Below, in pieces: positions 14,000 to 27,059 of a DNA stretch of 64,000 nt (positions are counted from its first letter, which is position 1; every line of letters starts with the position of its first letter). The stretch comes from Felis catus. Taxonomy: Eukaryota. The position numbers and the translations under genes were made by a program. The DNA lies in NCBI RefSeq assembly GCF_018350175.1, contig NC_058368.1, positions 212,724,001-212,788,000 of the forward strand, given 5' to 3'. Under the pieces are notes generated by a model that was given only the letters and a program-made list of their open reading frames with translations, did not search any database and had not been told where the DNA came from.

Positions 14000-14425
14000 T
14001 TTTAATATAATTTATTGTCAAATTGGCTTACATACAACACCCAGTGTTCATCCCCACAAGTACCCTCCTCAATGCCCATCACCCATTTTCCCTCTCCCCC
14101 ACTCCACCCCCCCATCCACCCTCAGTTTGTTCTCTGTATTTAAGAGTCTCTTGTGGTTTGCCTCCCTCCCTCTCTGTTTCTAACTATTTTTTTTCCCTTC
14201 CCTTCCACCATGGTCTTCTGTTAAGTTTCTCAAGATCCACTTATAAGGTGGATATCCGTCCAGATATGTCAGATATGATATCTGTCCTTCTCTGACTGAC
14301 ACTCAGTATAATACCTTCCAGTTCCATCCACGTTGCTGCAAATGGTATGATTTAATTCCTTCTCATTGCCAAGTAGTATTCCATTGTGTATATAAACCAC
14401 ATCTTCTTTATCCATTCATCAGCTG
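13960..14425 (-). mobile_element. Truncated felid L1 3' end with a (TTTA)n tail
   Basis: Antisense L1 3' UTR (atacaacacccagtgttcatccc...) and ORF2 C-terminus. Confidence 0.95.
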
Positions 14426-14678
14426 GTGCCACAAGAATGGCTATTCTTAAAGTCAGTTGAAAGTAATAAATTACCTCCACCAGACTCTCCTTTACTGAAA
14501 TTACTCTTCTACTAATTCTGAAATGTTTTGTACTTCCATGTCATGGTTATTTTTTCCTTAGTCAAATAAAAATTTATGTTTCCCCAAGCTGTGATGAAGA
14601 GTTTCAGAAACCTGGTACCAGAAATGCAATAAAAGTACTTCCACTTTGCAAACCTCTCCAAGTTCTTTACTCACTCAC

Positions 14679-14763
14679 CTGAGCAAAACCTTCTGTAAAT
14701 GGTGTAACATGTACCACAAAGCCCTCTTGGGGTTTTTTTGCCTCTTTGGTTACTGTGTCTTTT
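14679..14763 (-). pseudogene. Candidate 85-nt exon of the decayed minus-strand gene
   Basis: Perfect donor CAG|gtgagt; weak acceptor; phase 2 start matches the donor at 19820, giving ...PSPR-KDTVTKEAKKPQEGFVVHVTPFTEGFAQ. Confidence 0.3.
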
Positions 14764-14837
14764 CTTTTATGAGACAATGTGGTAAACACCATCAAGATAT
14801 AACTATTTTTAATATTTAAAAAACTATGCATGATCTT

Positions 14838-17525
14838 CAGATTGGTAACCAGTAAAGAAATTAAGTCAGTAATCAAAAAACTCCCAACAAACAAAAGTCC
14901 AGGGCCAGATGGCTTCACAGGTGACATTTAAAGAAGAACTAATAACTATTCTTTTCAAACTATTCCAAAAAGTAGAAAAATAGAGAAAATGTTCTAAAAA
15001 GTAGAAAAGGAAAGAAAACTTCCAAACTCATTCTATGAGGCCAGCATTATCCTGATACCAAAACCAGATAAAGACATGACTAAAAAGAGAACTACAGGCC
15101 AATATCCTTGATGAACATAGATACAAAAAACTTCAACAAAGTACTAACAAATTGGACACAACAATACATTAAAAAAATCATTCACCATTATCAAGTGGGA
15201 TTTATTCCTGGGTTGCAAGGGTGGTTCAGTATTTGCAAACCATTTGATCATTTAAATAGATGCAGAAAAAAGCATTTGACAAAATACAACATCCATTCAT
15301 GTTGAAAACCCTCATCAAAGTAGGCTTAGAGGGAAGATGCCTCAACATAATAGAGGCCATATATGTAAAACCCACAGCTCATTTCATCCTCAATGGGGAA
15401 GAACTGAGAATTTTTCCTCTGCAGTCAGAAACAGAACAGGGATGCCACTCTCACCTACTGTCATTTACACAGTACTGGAAGCCCTAACTACAGCAATCAG
15501 ACAACAGAAGAAATAAAATGCATCCAATTTAGTAAGGAGGAAGTCAAACTTTCACTATTCCCAGACAACAGAATACTCTGTATAGAAAACCTGAAAGACC
15601 CCACCGAAAAACTTCTAAAACCGTGCGCAAATTCAGTAAACTTGCAGGATACAAAACCAACATACATAAATCTGTTGCATTTCTATATACCAGCAATGAA
15701 GCAGCATAAAAAGAAATTAAGAAACAATCCCATTTACAATTGCACCAAAAATAATAAGATACCTCAGAATAATCCTAACCAAAAGGAGAAAGACCTGTAC
15801 TCTGAAAACTATAAAACACTGATGTAAGAAATTGAAGACAAAAGAAATGGAGACACATTCCATGCTCATGGATTAGAAGAACAAATATCATTAAAATGTG
15901 TATACTACCCAAAACAATCTATACATTTAATGCAATCCCTATCAAAATACCAATAGCAATTTTCACAGAACTGAAACAAACAATTCTAAAATTTGTATGG
16001 AACCACAAAGACCCCAAATAGCCAAAACAACATTGAAGAAGAAAAGCAAAACTAGAGGCATCACAATTCTGGACTTCAAGTTCTATTGCAAAGCTATAGT
16101 GATCAAAACAGTATGGTACTGGCACAAAAATAGACACATAGATCAATGGAACAGAATAGAAAACCCACAAATAAACCCACACCTAAATGATCAATTAATC
16201 TTTGACAAAACAGGAAGGAATATCCAATGAGAACAAGACAGTCTCTTCAATAAATGGTATTGGGAAAACTGGATAGCCACATGCAAAAGAATGAAACTGG
16301 ACCACTTTCTTCTACCATACACAAAAACAAATTCAAAATGGATTAAACACCTACATGTGAACCACAAAATCCTATAAAAGAACCAGGTAGTAATTTCTTT
16401 GACATTGGCTGAAGCAACTTTTTTCTAGATATGTCTCCTGAGGCAAGGGAAACAAAAATAAAAATAACCTATTTGGACCACATCAAAATAAAAAACTTCT
16501 GCACAGCAGAGGAAACAATCAATAAAACTAAAAGGCAACCTATAGAAAGGGAGAAGATATTTGCAAATGAATTATCTGATAAAAGGTTAGTAGCCAAAAT
16601 ATATAAAGAACTTATAAAACTCAACACCTGAAAAACAAATAATCCAATTTAAAAACAGGCACAAGACATTAACAGACGTTTCTCCAAAAGAAGACATCCA
16701 GATGATCAACAGACACATGAAAAGATGTTCATCATCACTTACCATCAAGGAAATGCAAATCAAAACTACAGTGAGATATCACCTCACACCTATCAGAATG
16801 GCTAAAATCAACAACACAAGAAAAAACAGGTGTTGGGGAGGATGTGGAGAAAAAGGAAGCCTCATGCACTGTTGGTGGGAATGGGAATGGTACAGCCACT
16901 ATGGAAAACAATATGGAGGTTCCTTAAAAAGTTAAACATATAACTACCCTATGATCCAGCAATTGCACTACTGGGTATTTACCCAAAGAATACAAGAACA
17001 CTAATTCAAAAGGTTACGTGCACCCCTATGTTTATTGTAGCATTATTTATAATAGCCAAGATATGGAAGCAGCCCAAGTGTCCATTGATTGATGAATGGG
17101 TAAAGAAATGGTATATATATACAATGGAATATTAATCAGCCATAATAAAGAATGAAGTCTTGCCATTTGCAATACATGAATGGAACTGGAGAGTATAATG
17201 CTAAGCAAAATAAGGCAGAGAAAGACATATACTATATGGTTTCACTCATATGTGAAATTTAAGAAGCAAAACAAATGAGCAAATGGGAAAAAGATAAAGA
17301 GACAAATCAAGAAACAGACTCTTAATTATAGAGAACAAACTGATGGTTACCAGATGGGAGGTAGGTGGAGAAATGGGTTAAATAGGTGATGAGGATTAAA
17401 GAGTGCACCTGCCGTGATGAGCACCGGTGTTGTATGGAAGGGTGGGGGGGTTGGGGGGAGGGTCACTGTATTGTACACCTGAAACTAATATAATACTGAG
17501 TGGTAACTAACTGGAGGAAAAAAAC
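14838..17525 (+). mobile_element. Older carnivore LINE-1, 5'-truncated (RT domain to 3' UTR), many frameshifts and stops
   Basis: [25 protein letters not shown] and [16 protein letters not shown] motifs; approximate TSD aaaactatg. Confidence 0.95.
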
Positions 17526-18389
17526 AACTATGTGTGTTCTTGTGTTAATTGTACAAATACTACAAAATGGTATTAAGTACTGCATAGTGTAAATCTTCTA
17601 CTCATAATAGATTTTATTGTACAATAGTCATGTATGTGAAGCATACAGTTGGCCCTCAGCCTGTACCCTATTTTTGTTCTTAGGTCCCAGGAATCCAGGT
17701 ATGATGTTCTATTTCCATAGATATGAAGACATGGACTTTGGAGGGAACTTTGATTATGTTTCTGTCATGCTTGTGTTTCTGTTTGTGTTTCTGTCACGTA
17801 GAGGATTTGAGCCTCTATGCTATACGATGTATATGATTATTTTTTATATGACAAATATGGTAAAAGTGAATACCTAAGACACACTAACCATGAAAAATCA
17901 GAGCACACTATGAACCACAGAAGAAACTCAATAAATCATCTATGTAATGTAAGCAAAAAAAGCCACATTCACACGAAATATCCAAATAATTCCAACTTTG
18001 GATCCTTATTTATCTAGATTATGGCATTTCTACATAGTGTCTTATAGATCCAAATAATGCCTTCAGTAGTGGAAATTTTTCATCCTTTCAGGGTGATTTT
18101 TTAAAACTTTTGTAAACAATTAGTAGTTATTTGGAGAGAAATATAAGTAAAACACCTTAGTAAATTCTGTTTCACATTTCTGAAGCCAAATTAAGTTATA
18201 ACCTAAAAGTTAAAATATTGTCTGTCTGGCTCATGGCTGTCCCTGGAGGTAACTGAATGATGAACACTATACTGGAATAAGTAAACAAACCGTAAGGGTG
18301 AATTTGAAGGACAATACTATTGATGTGTTTAAGGGGTTTTTTTTTTGTCCTAGAGTTTTTTAAGTCATTTCTCTTCAGTCATGCCTCTT

Positions 18390-18608
18390 TTTTTTCCTAA
18401 GTTTATTTATTTATTTTTGAGAGAGAGAGAGAAAGAGAAAGAACACAAGTGGAGGAAGGGGCAGAAAGAGAGAGACACACAGAATCCAAAGCAGGCTCCA
18501 GGCTCCGAGCTGAGTCCGCAGAGAGCCTGATGCAGGGCTTGAACCCACGAACTGGGAGATCATGACCTGAAGTCAGATGCTCAACCAACTGAGCCACCCA
18601 GGCACCCC
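18390..18608 (-). mobile_element. CanSINE (SINEC_Fc-like)
   Basis: Antisense tRNA head, (GA)n tract; TSD gtcat(g/a)cctctttt at ~18378 and ~18610. Confidence 0.95.
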
Positions 18609-19064
18609 TGTCATACCTCTTTTTAACAAAAAAGTAGATCCAAATGTTTTCTTGAGAATTTCTCTGGCATTTCCTACGATTGCTTCCAGCCTTGTGTATG
18701 GTAGCATCACAAAGCCACAGTTAGATATTATTCTGTGAGCAGGAAGGGAAAGTAGGACTCTCCTGGTCTCAGCTTGCCCAACAGCTCTCAGGTATATTAT
18801 CCTTTGCCCCAACTGCCCCTCAGTATGCCATTCTCATGCCATCCTTGTCATCAGGTGAAATATTCAAGCCACACAGCCAAAGAAGTTAAGGAGAGGAGTC
18901 CAATTGGAGCATCTTTAAAAGCAATGGTAAAGTTAAGTCTTGAGCAGTGATGATATCATTCTGAAAATGGTTTTATTTCCAAATTTACTGGAATCTTCAA
19001 AAGACAGAAGTAGACATATTAATAATGTCTTATGAGAACATTAAGCTTTGTTTTAGGAGATACT

Positions 19065-19275
19065 ACCAGTGTTCTGCCTACCGTTTGCGTGACCCTCCCC
19101 TGACCTCTGTATGTTCTAGCTTCTAAAAGCTCACACCAGCAACTTTGTTTGGGAGACTACTAGACTATTACTGAGCTTTTGCCCATACAGGCAGGGAGCC
19201 AGAAGTCCCTCAGAGAGCCCTCAGCCAGTAACTGTTGCCAGAGTACTGAAGGCACAGCTTACTTGCCCAAGAGTC
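19065..19275 (+). mobile_element. ERVL LTR16-like fragment
   Basis: gggagccagaagtccctcagagagccctcagccagtaactg resembles the LTR16 family as recalled. Confidence 0.45.
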
Positions 19276-20599
19276 TTGGGAGCCAAGGAATTCTACTACT
19301 CTTTGTCACTCATCAATCCAAAACTAATGACCTTAAATAGCTTGCAAAAATATTAATAATTATTATCTATACTCTGTTATGTAAAATTTTACTCACATTA
19401 ATTCATGTGAATGCATTTAGTCAAAAACTTATTTTGAGGAATCTCTATGAACAGAATACTGTGCTTATATTTAGATTCTATAAAGGATAGGTGAATCTAT
19501 ACCCTGAGGTATAGACTGTTACCAGTATGTTTTGTTTGTTCGTTTCTAGTTGATAAGAAGAGTGGCTCATTTCTACAAAGCTCATTCAAACTTACAGTCT
19601 CTTAAAATGTATCTCTATGGAGAATTCTAGATGGCAACTGGAAATTCAAGGCCAAGAGTTTGGTTATAGCTAGAGACTAGGCCATGGTTTATTCTAGAAG
19701 TCAAAATGTGAACAGATCATAGGAGGGGGTGAGGAGGGGGTGTTAGAAAAGGCTCTCAGGGGGCTGGAGGTAGAAGATTAGCCTTAGATTAAAACAGAGT
19801 AGGTAGGATAACCTATTACCTAGGAGAAGGTACTGTCACAGAAGATGGAAAGAATTGTTTTGAGAACAATGCATCAAAAGGGCTTGTTTCTTCATGAACA
19901 AATACAGTGTTGTCCTGCCTCCCTCCCATTGCTAGGGCTGCTGCACATATTGCCCCCATTGCTGCTTCATCTTCCAGGGGACTTTTCATGTTCCCGATTT
20001 TATCCTTGTACCCAACACTATGTTTACATGACATTGTATGTGATAGTAGAAAGCATTATTATCACCTTTTTCTGATTAGTTTAACAGACAGTCTTCTCTT
20101 GTAAATGTTATCACAAGCCCTATGGAGTGATAGATATGTAACACCTCATGGCTCTCTCCTTCCCCTCTACTTTGGCTAGTTGGTTCTTGATATTTGCATG
20201 CCTAGCAGCAGTATCCATTGTAGCAGCCAGAGAATACACAAGTTAAAAGAAAACAAAATCAACTTTAGAAAGAAGCAGGCACTTGATATAAATAAAAAAT
20301 GTACTCAAAGTCTATTTTCCACTGTTGATTTGCACCAAATGGACAGGAACATTTTCAGGTACAGTTCTCTCTGTGCTGCTATATTCCAGTCCTGTTGTTA
20401 CCCTTAAAAATGTTCACATTTGCAAGTTGCAACGGATACCATCAGATCTAATTCCTCCTGGGGCCCAAAGATACTCTTCTTTTTCATCTTTTATTTTGAT
20501 CATGGAGGTATTTTCACAGAGTTTATCCTCAATGATAAATTACATTCCGATTCTTTGAGTCAGAGCAATGTTTTAACATGCACATCAACATTGGGGTTG

Positions 20600-21678
20600 C
20601 TGGCAGCAATTTCTTACTCGACACATCTACAAAGGCAAGGGAATTAAAAGCAAAGATGAACTATTGGGACCTCATCAAGATAAAAAGCTTCTGCACTGCA
20701 AAGGAAACAATCAACAAAACTAAAAGGCAACTGATGGAATGGGAAAAAATATTTGCAAATGACATATCGGATAAAGGGCCAGTATCCAAAATCTATAAAG
20801 AACTCACCAAACTCCACACCTGAAAAACAAATAACCCAGTGAGAAATGGGCAGAAGACATGAATAGACACTTTTCTAAAGAAGACATCCAGATGGCCAAC
20901 AGACACATGAAAAGATGCTCAACATCATTCCTCATCAGGAAAATATAAATCAAAACCACAGTGAGATACCACCTCATGCCAGTCAGAGTGGCTAAAATGA
21001 ACAAATCAGGAGACTATAGATGCTGGAGAGGATGTGGAGAAATGGGAACCCTCTTGCATTGTTGGTGGGAATGCAAACTAGTGCAGCCGCTCTGGAAAAC
21101 AGTGTGGAGGTTCCTCAAAAAATTAAAAAATAGATCTATCCTATGACCCAGCAGTAGCACTGCTAGGAATTTACCCAAGGGATACGAGAGTGCTGATGCA
21201 TAGGGGCACTTGTACCCCAATGTTTATAGCAGCACTTTCAACAATAGCCAAATTATGGAAAGAGCCTAAATGTCCATCGACTGACAAATGGAAAGATGTG
21301 ATTTATATATACAGTGGAATACTACTTGGCAATGAGAAAGAACGAAATCTGGCCATTTGTAGCAATGTGGATGGAACTGGAGAGTGTTGTGCTAAGTGAA
21401 ATAAGTCAGGCAGAGAAAGACAGATACCATGTTTTCACTCATATGTAGATCCTGAGAAACTTAACAGAAGACCAGGGGGGAGGGGAAGGGGGAAAAAGTT
21501 ACAGAGAGGGAAGGAGGCAGACCATAAGAGACTCTAAAATGCTGAGAAAAAACTGAGGGTTGATGGGGGGTGGGGGAGAGGGGAAAGTGGGTGATGAGCA
21601 CTGAGGAGGGCACCTGTTGGGATGAGCACTGGGTGTTGTATGGAAACCAACTTGACAATAAATTATATATTTTAAAAA
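20600..21678 (+). mobile_element. 5'-truncated felid LINE-1
   Basis: ORF2 C-terminus ([18 protein letters not shown]) and 3' UTR; approximate TSD aa(c/a)at(t/c)ggggtt. Confidence 0.95.
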
Positions 21679-21961
21679 ATCGGGGTTTTTTTTTTTTTAC
21701 CAGTTTTGCCTGGAGATGGGAAATTTTTAAAGATTAATTTAAAACATCTCAAAACCACATGAACATGGGACAATAAAGACTATTAATGATTAAAAAGTGG
21801 TTTTCTGGACTTTGAAGAATTCTCACCCATGAGAGCCACTTGATATTTTCACTTCACAAGAAGAAACAAGCCTAAGCACAAAGATTTAAATTAGAAAGAA
21901 GAACGTACTGACAGTGAAGACTGATATATGGTATACATTAGAAGTGGTTCTGAAAGCTAAG

Positions 21962-22587
21962 GGCAGCCACTGTGGAAAACAGTATGGAGGCTCCTCAAAA
22001 AGTTAAAAATAGGACTACCCTACCATCCAGCAATCACACTACTAGGTATTTACCCAAAGAATACAAGAACACTAATTCAAAGGGATACATGCACCCTGAT
22101 GTTTATAGCAGCATTATTTACAAATAGCCAAATTATGGGAACAGCCTATGCTGCCATCAAGTGGTGAATGGGTAAAGAAAATGTGGTATGTGTATATACA
22201 ATAGGAATATTACTCAGTCATAAAAAATGAATGAAATCTGGCCATCTACAATGATGTGGATGGAATTAGAGAGTATAGTCTTAAGTGAAATAAGTCAGGC
22301 AGAAAAAGACAAATACCATATGATTTCGTTCATATGTGGAAACAAAACAAACAAGCAAAGTATAAAAAGAGAGACAAAAAAAGAAACAGACTCTTAATTA
22401 TAAAGAACAAACTGATGGTTACCAGAGAGGAGGTGGGTAGAGGGATTGGGTGAAATAGGTGATGGGGATTATGGAGAGCACTTGCAATGAGTATCACGTG
22501 TTGTGTGGATGTGTTGAATCACTATATTGTACACCTGAAATTAATGTTACACTGTATATTAACTAGAATTTAAATGAAAACTTAAGA
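21962..22587 (+). mobile_element. 5'-truncated older carnivore LINE-1 3' end
   Basis: L1 3' UTR; approximate TSD aaagcta(a/g)g at ~21953 and ~22589. Confidence 0.9.
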
Positions 22588-22671
22588 AAAAGCTAGGTGT
22601 AGAATCTTCATCTAGGAAGATGTTAGAAATTGAACAGATTTGCACCAGTCTGCGAAAGTTTGGCATATTAG

Positions 22672-22981
22672 AGTAATGGCAATGGAATGTGTATGGAAGT
22701 GATATGACATTTCCAGGCCAGGCTCATGAAATCCTTCCACATCTTCCAGTAAATGGAAAGGATTTCAAGGTCTCTGAGAAAGTTGAGACCACAAGATGGA
22801 AAAATACTGAAGCTTAAATGATATATGGAAGGTGACCAAACCAGAACATCTGTCTGAATTCTATGGGTTTGGTAATAACTTTTAGTTATATTAAGCCATG
22901 AGATTTTCAAAGTGTTGTTGTTGTTGTTGTTGTTGCTGTTGTTGTTGTTGCAGCTAATATAAACTTACCCTAACTAATACA
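22672..22981 (+). mobile_element. MaLR LTR fragment (MLT1-type) containing (GTT)n
   Basis: Ends ...ttaagccatgagatttt...ccctaactaataca, an MLT1 3' terminus. Confidence 0.65.
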
Positions 22982-23047
22982 CTGACATTGTTATTTTTTT
23001 TAAGCTTTCTTTGTTGGTGTTATGTATGTCTAGCCTGAGTTAGAAGG

Positions 23048-23559
23048 TGTATTACTTTTCTGTGGATGCTGTAACAGATTACCACAAACTTAGTGGCCTA
23101 AAACAGTACAAATTTATTATCTTACAGTTTCGCAGGTCAGAAATCCAACCTGTGTCTCACTAGGCTAAAATTAAGGTGTTGACACAGCTCTATTCCTTTA
23201 TGGAGGCTCTAGAGGAGAATCTGTTTTCTTACCTTTTGCAGCTTCTAGAAACTGCCCACATTCCTTGGCTTGTTGCCCCCTTCCATCTTCAAAGCCAATA
23301 ATGACAGTCCAGACTTTTCCACATCATGTTATTCTGACACTGACTTTTCTGCCTTCCTCATGCACATATAAGATCCCTTATGATTACAGTGGGCTCACCT
23401 GGATAATTCTAGATAATCTCCCTATTTTAAGGCCAGCTGATTAGCAATCTCAAATCCATCTGAAACCATAATTCCCCCTTGCCATGGAACCCAACAGGTT
23501 GCAGGTATTAGGATATAGATACTAATGGAGGACAGGGGGACATTATTCTCCCTACCACT
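23048..23559 (-). mobile_element. MaLR LTR (MLT1C/D-like)
   Basis: tgtattacttttctgtggatgctgtaacagattaccacaaacttagtggc...cattattctccctaccac; 5-bp TSD GAAGG at 23043-47 and 23560-64. Confidence 0.9.
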
Positions 23560-24332
23560 GAAGGGTACCTAAAACATTGCTTATTAAGGTAAAATTTAGC
23601 CTTAAATTAAGCATGAACTTCCTCACCCAGATTAGCCATACTCTGATATCTCTCAGGGTAAAAACCAGTATGTCCTATAAATACCAAATGACACTTGCTA
23701 TTAACTGTCTTTTAAAATAATTAAAAGTGTATTTACCTAACAATTTAGTCATTATTTAATTTGTACATTCTTTAGAGTTCCATATTTTTCCAAGATAGAA
23801 TTTGACCACATTTGAACCACATTTCACATCTCATCTAAGGGGGAAAAAATTGAAAAAGTAATGCTGTAAACATCTTTACATCAGGTAAACGTTATTCAGA
23901 GGATCTATCTTTGCATTTTTTTCAGGATTCTCAACTAGAAAGAACTACCTCTGTGTGTGTATATTCATATTCACAGTCATACATGTGCATGCATTCATAT
24001 ATGAGAAACAAATTCTCCCCCTCCAGAAAGCAGAGGTCAGGGCAAAAGAGGGAGAGAGACTTGGACTGAAGTTATAATGAGAAAAGACACTAAAAATAAC
24101 ATTGTGGCTTTTGTGGGATCCCATATTTATCTTTTCAGATGCTTCCAGAGCAAACATAGTCCATTTATAAATGAAAGGAGGATTTTGCTGTCAACCTAGA
24201 AGCTCCACCTGAGATCTGGGAAGGAAAAGCCCCACCCTCACTCTTTTAGTCTCTTACCTCATGACCTGAGGCAAATACCACCACCACCACCGCAGCCCTC
24301 TGAAAAATGTAGGTGTAGGCAGCTATGCTCAC

Positions 24333-24503
24333 CTTTGCAGTACAGAAAAGGAAAGCGGCTAGTATTTAAATCTACTCAAGAAATATGGTTTCAATATGGC
24401 CATTTTTCCAACCTCAACAATTATATCTGAAATGAGATTCAACTTCAATTAAATATCATATTTTCATGTATTCTAGTCTTAGGATAGGGTACAGAGATCC
24501 TGC
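24333..24503 (-). pseudogene. Candidate 171-nt LRR-like exon remnant
   Basis: ag...AAAG|gtgagc boundaries; the internal frame LKLNLISDIIVEVGKMAI resembles LxxLxLxxNxIxxIxxxAF. Confidence 0.35.
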
Positions 24504-24876
24504 CTATGTGGCTCAAAAGTGACCTGGTTACCATAGCAGAGATGAAAAGGGAAAGTGAATAGTTAGCAAGGAGATGTGCCTCCTTCCCACTAACCACCAT
24601 TCTCCTGAGGGGTCAAGAATACGGTGCAAGGAACAGGAGGTTAATAATGAGTAAGAAGAGCATTTGAATTCTGACTTCACCCTACTTAGTGTCTGACCAC
24701 AAACAAATTCCACAAATCTTCTGGTCTTGCATTTTTTTTCTTCTTTAAAGATGTAATAATCATTCCTACCTTCAAAGAAAGCTCTTGTGATAATTAAATA
24801 AGAATATGTTTGGGGAGATTCTAATAGATCACTTGGCCTGTGGATATTTAAGAACATTTGAGTACATTTTTACAGC

Positions 24877-25389
24877 TGTTTTGACAGTCCTGAACCTACC
24901 TGCCCTCAAATCTATTCATCACCCTTCTTCTGCTCTTCCTCCGTATGTTGCAGAGGGGCTGACCCCTGTATGCTATCTTCCCCAGACTTCTATATCACCT
25001 GGCTGGGTTTCACTCATGGAAAGCACTATGGATGTTAGACAACAAGTGGTACAGGGGGAATCCAAGGTATGTTTCCCCTTCCCTACTCCCGGCCTTTAGC
25101 GGTTTTCTGGCAGCAGCTACATGTCCATGGTTCTACCTTCTAGCAGACAGGCTCACCACATTGCCCTCTGGTTCAGATGATCTCAACTCTTTAGGCATTG
25201 TTAATACTATCTTCTTCCAGATTAGGGATAGTAATGGCTAACTTTTGGGTTAGCTCACCGGTGATGTCCATGTGGCTTGGTTTGACTCTCCACTTCTCCA
25301 TCACTTCTGTAACTACTTCCCTGCATTAGGCTCCCTATTTTAAATATTCAAAATAGTTTCTGTTTTTCTGGTGAAATCTTGACTGATAG
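24877..25389 (+). mobile_element. ERVL LTR33-like solo LTR
   Basis: Starts tgt; ends attaggctccctattttaaatattcaaaatagtttctgtttttctgg...gactgata, resembling the LTR33 3' end. Confidence 0.65.
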
Positions 25390-25789
25390 AATTCTTTTCC
25401 TCTTTCCTAAGCAGTGACAGTAGAGGGAGCAATATAAAGGTCAGGAAAAGAGCCTGCCTTGGAGTTACTTTATCCAAGCAAAGTCAGGACTTGCAGTCCT
25501 TATTTTGACTTGTCCATTACCTGCTCATTTTATGTGATAATTATGATCATAATTTAATGACCTGTAGAGAGGGGAAGTACCAAGAATCACCTACCACTAT
25601 CTAAATGTATGGTTTCAAGAGTACCATCAAGTATAGTTGTTTGCCATCCTACACATCAGTGAGCAAGGCTTTCCAACAGATAAAATGACTAATAAACAAT
25701 AGGCTAGAATTGTTGTGATGTGCAGAGGAGATAGACAAGGTTGGGAGCATGAAGTGCCTATTGAGAGACACTTGAGGGGCCTTCTATTC

Positions 25790-26158
25790 ACTTCATTCAA
25801 GTGTCTGCCTAAATGACTCAGGAAAGCCTTCCCTGACCACCAGATCCAGACTAATGCCTTCCCTGAGCACTTGATTCAAATTACTGCCTTCTGTGACCAC
25901 TTGATTTAGACCAGAGCCTTCCCTGATCACCTTATTTAAACCAGGGCCATCACCATCACCACTACTCTCTTTCCTTTTATTTCAAGGCATTTATGAATAG
26001 TGGATTTCACATTGTACATTTATTTGTTTACCATCTTTTTCCCAAGGAAACCTTGGGAGATTAACGGCTTTATTTTATTCATCATAAATGTCAAGAACCT
26101 AGCACTGGACCTGGAATATAGTAGTAACAGTAAATATGTGTTCAATGAATGAATGAAT
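25790..26158 (+). mobile_element. L2 3' end containing a 30-bp tandem array
   Basis: gccttccctgaccac motif; terminal tagtaacagtaaatatgtgttcaatgaatgaatgaatg. Confidence 0.7.
25826..25950. repeat. 30-bp-period minisatellite (four units plus a partial)
   Basis: gcctt starts at 25826, 25856, 25886 and 25916; gccat at 25946. Confidence 0.9.
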
Positions 26159-27059
26159 GTGAGAACACTACCCAGCCTTGTGTTTGGATATGCCTTCTCC
26201 CCACTACACATTCACTACCTCAATCAAGAGTATTCATTACCTACTTCTACCTGTAAATCCCAAACTAACAACCAGCAGGCCCTTTTTAATGCTCTGCAGA
26301 AAGCATCTAATGACTTTTTGATTCTCAAGCAGTGGTTACCACTTTCAAGGGCCTCATGATGCTGTTTACTTATCCCAGTTCACCTTGTTTTTGCTTTTTC
26401 AGTTCTTATTGGTTTTTTGCTTCCTGAATATCTCCCTGGACCTTTTCACCTATGCCTTGCCCATCTGTCTGTCTAGGTTCCTAACTAGCCTCTGTCTCAG
26501 TGTTTTAATCTGGACACAAAATCATGTATATGTCTTGGGTTCTCTCTCTTAACTTGCTGTCAACACTTAATTTAGACCCCCAATGTTTGGTTTTCCTTTC
26601 TTACATATACCCATGTTCTACACATTGCATGTTAAAATAATGGAAGGAAAGGGAAGACTGAATAAGGGGAAAATAGGAGATATCTAAAATAATACACATC
26701 TGCTTTGCCATTTTTTCTATGGTTGTACTTTACCAAGAGTACCTTAAGTTTGGATTCTTTTGAGCTGATGACTTAATATATAATCTTGGGGAAGGTTATA
26801 TGACCTTGTAGTCTAGCTTGCTCCAAAGTAGCCATGATATAAAGCAAAAGCTCAATGCTAATGGTAAGCTCCACATTCAAGAGGAGCCTCTAATCCTGGA
26901 CTGATAAATAATAAGTAAAATTAGCCCTGCTAATCCCTAGTTGCTGCAGGCTTTGGTGATTATCCATGCTGTTGAAGTAAACTTAAATTATTTATTTAAC
27001 AGTATTTTGTGCTTAGAAACACCTTCATTAGTCTCCCTATTTTGTGAAGGTAATGTATG

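Larger units (their letters stand above)
19820..23674 (-). pseudogene. Large decayed exon (~1.3 kb after removing four TEs): LRR-like remnants, hydrophobic segment and tail
   Basis: Acceptor ggtatttatag at 23675-76 and donor AG|gtaata at 19818-19. With TEs excised, frameshifted pieces read KQCFRYPSN.RLDIHN, NMPNFRRL, MKILHLAF.NHF*CIP, PCSCGF, KTLL*LKESECN, TLSTFFIYIKCLLLSKVDFVFF*LVYSLAA and EDEAAMGAICAAAL...FFPSSVTVPSP. Confidence 0.45.

Noticed and set aside
25826..25950. CRISPR-like repeat/spacer appearance
   Set aside because: Mammalian DNA, the 'spacers' are homologous to each other, there are no cas genes, and it lies inside an L2
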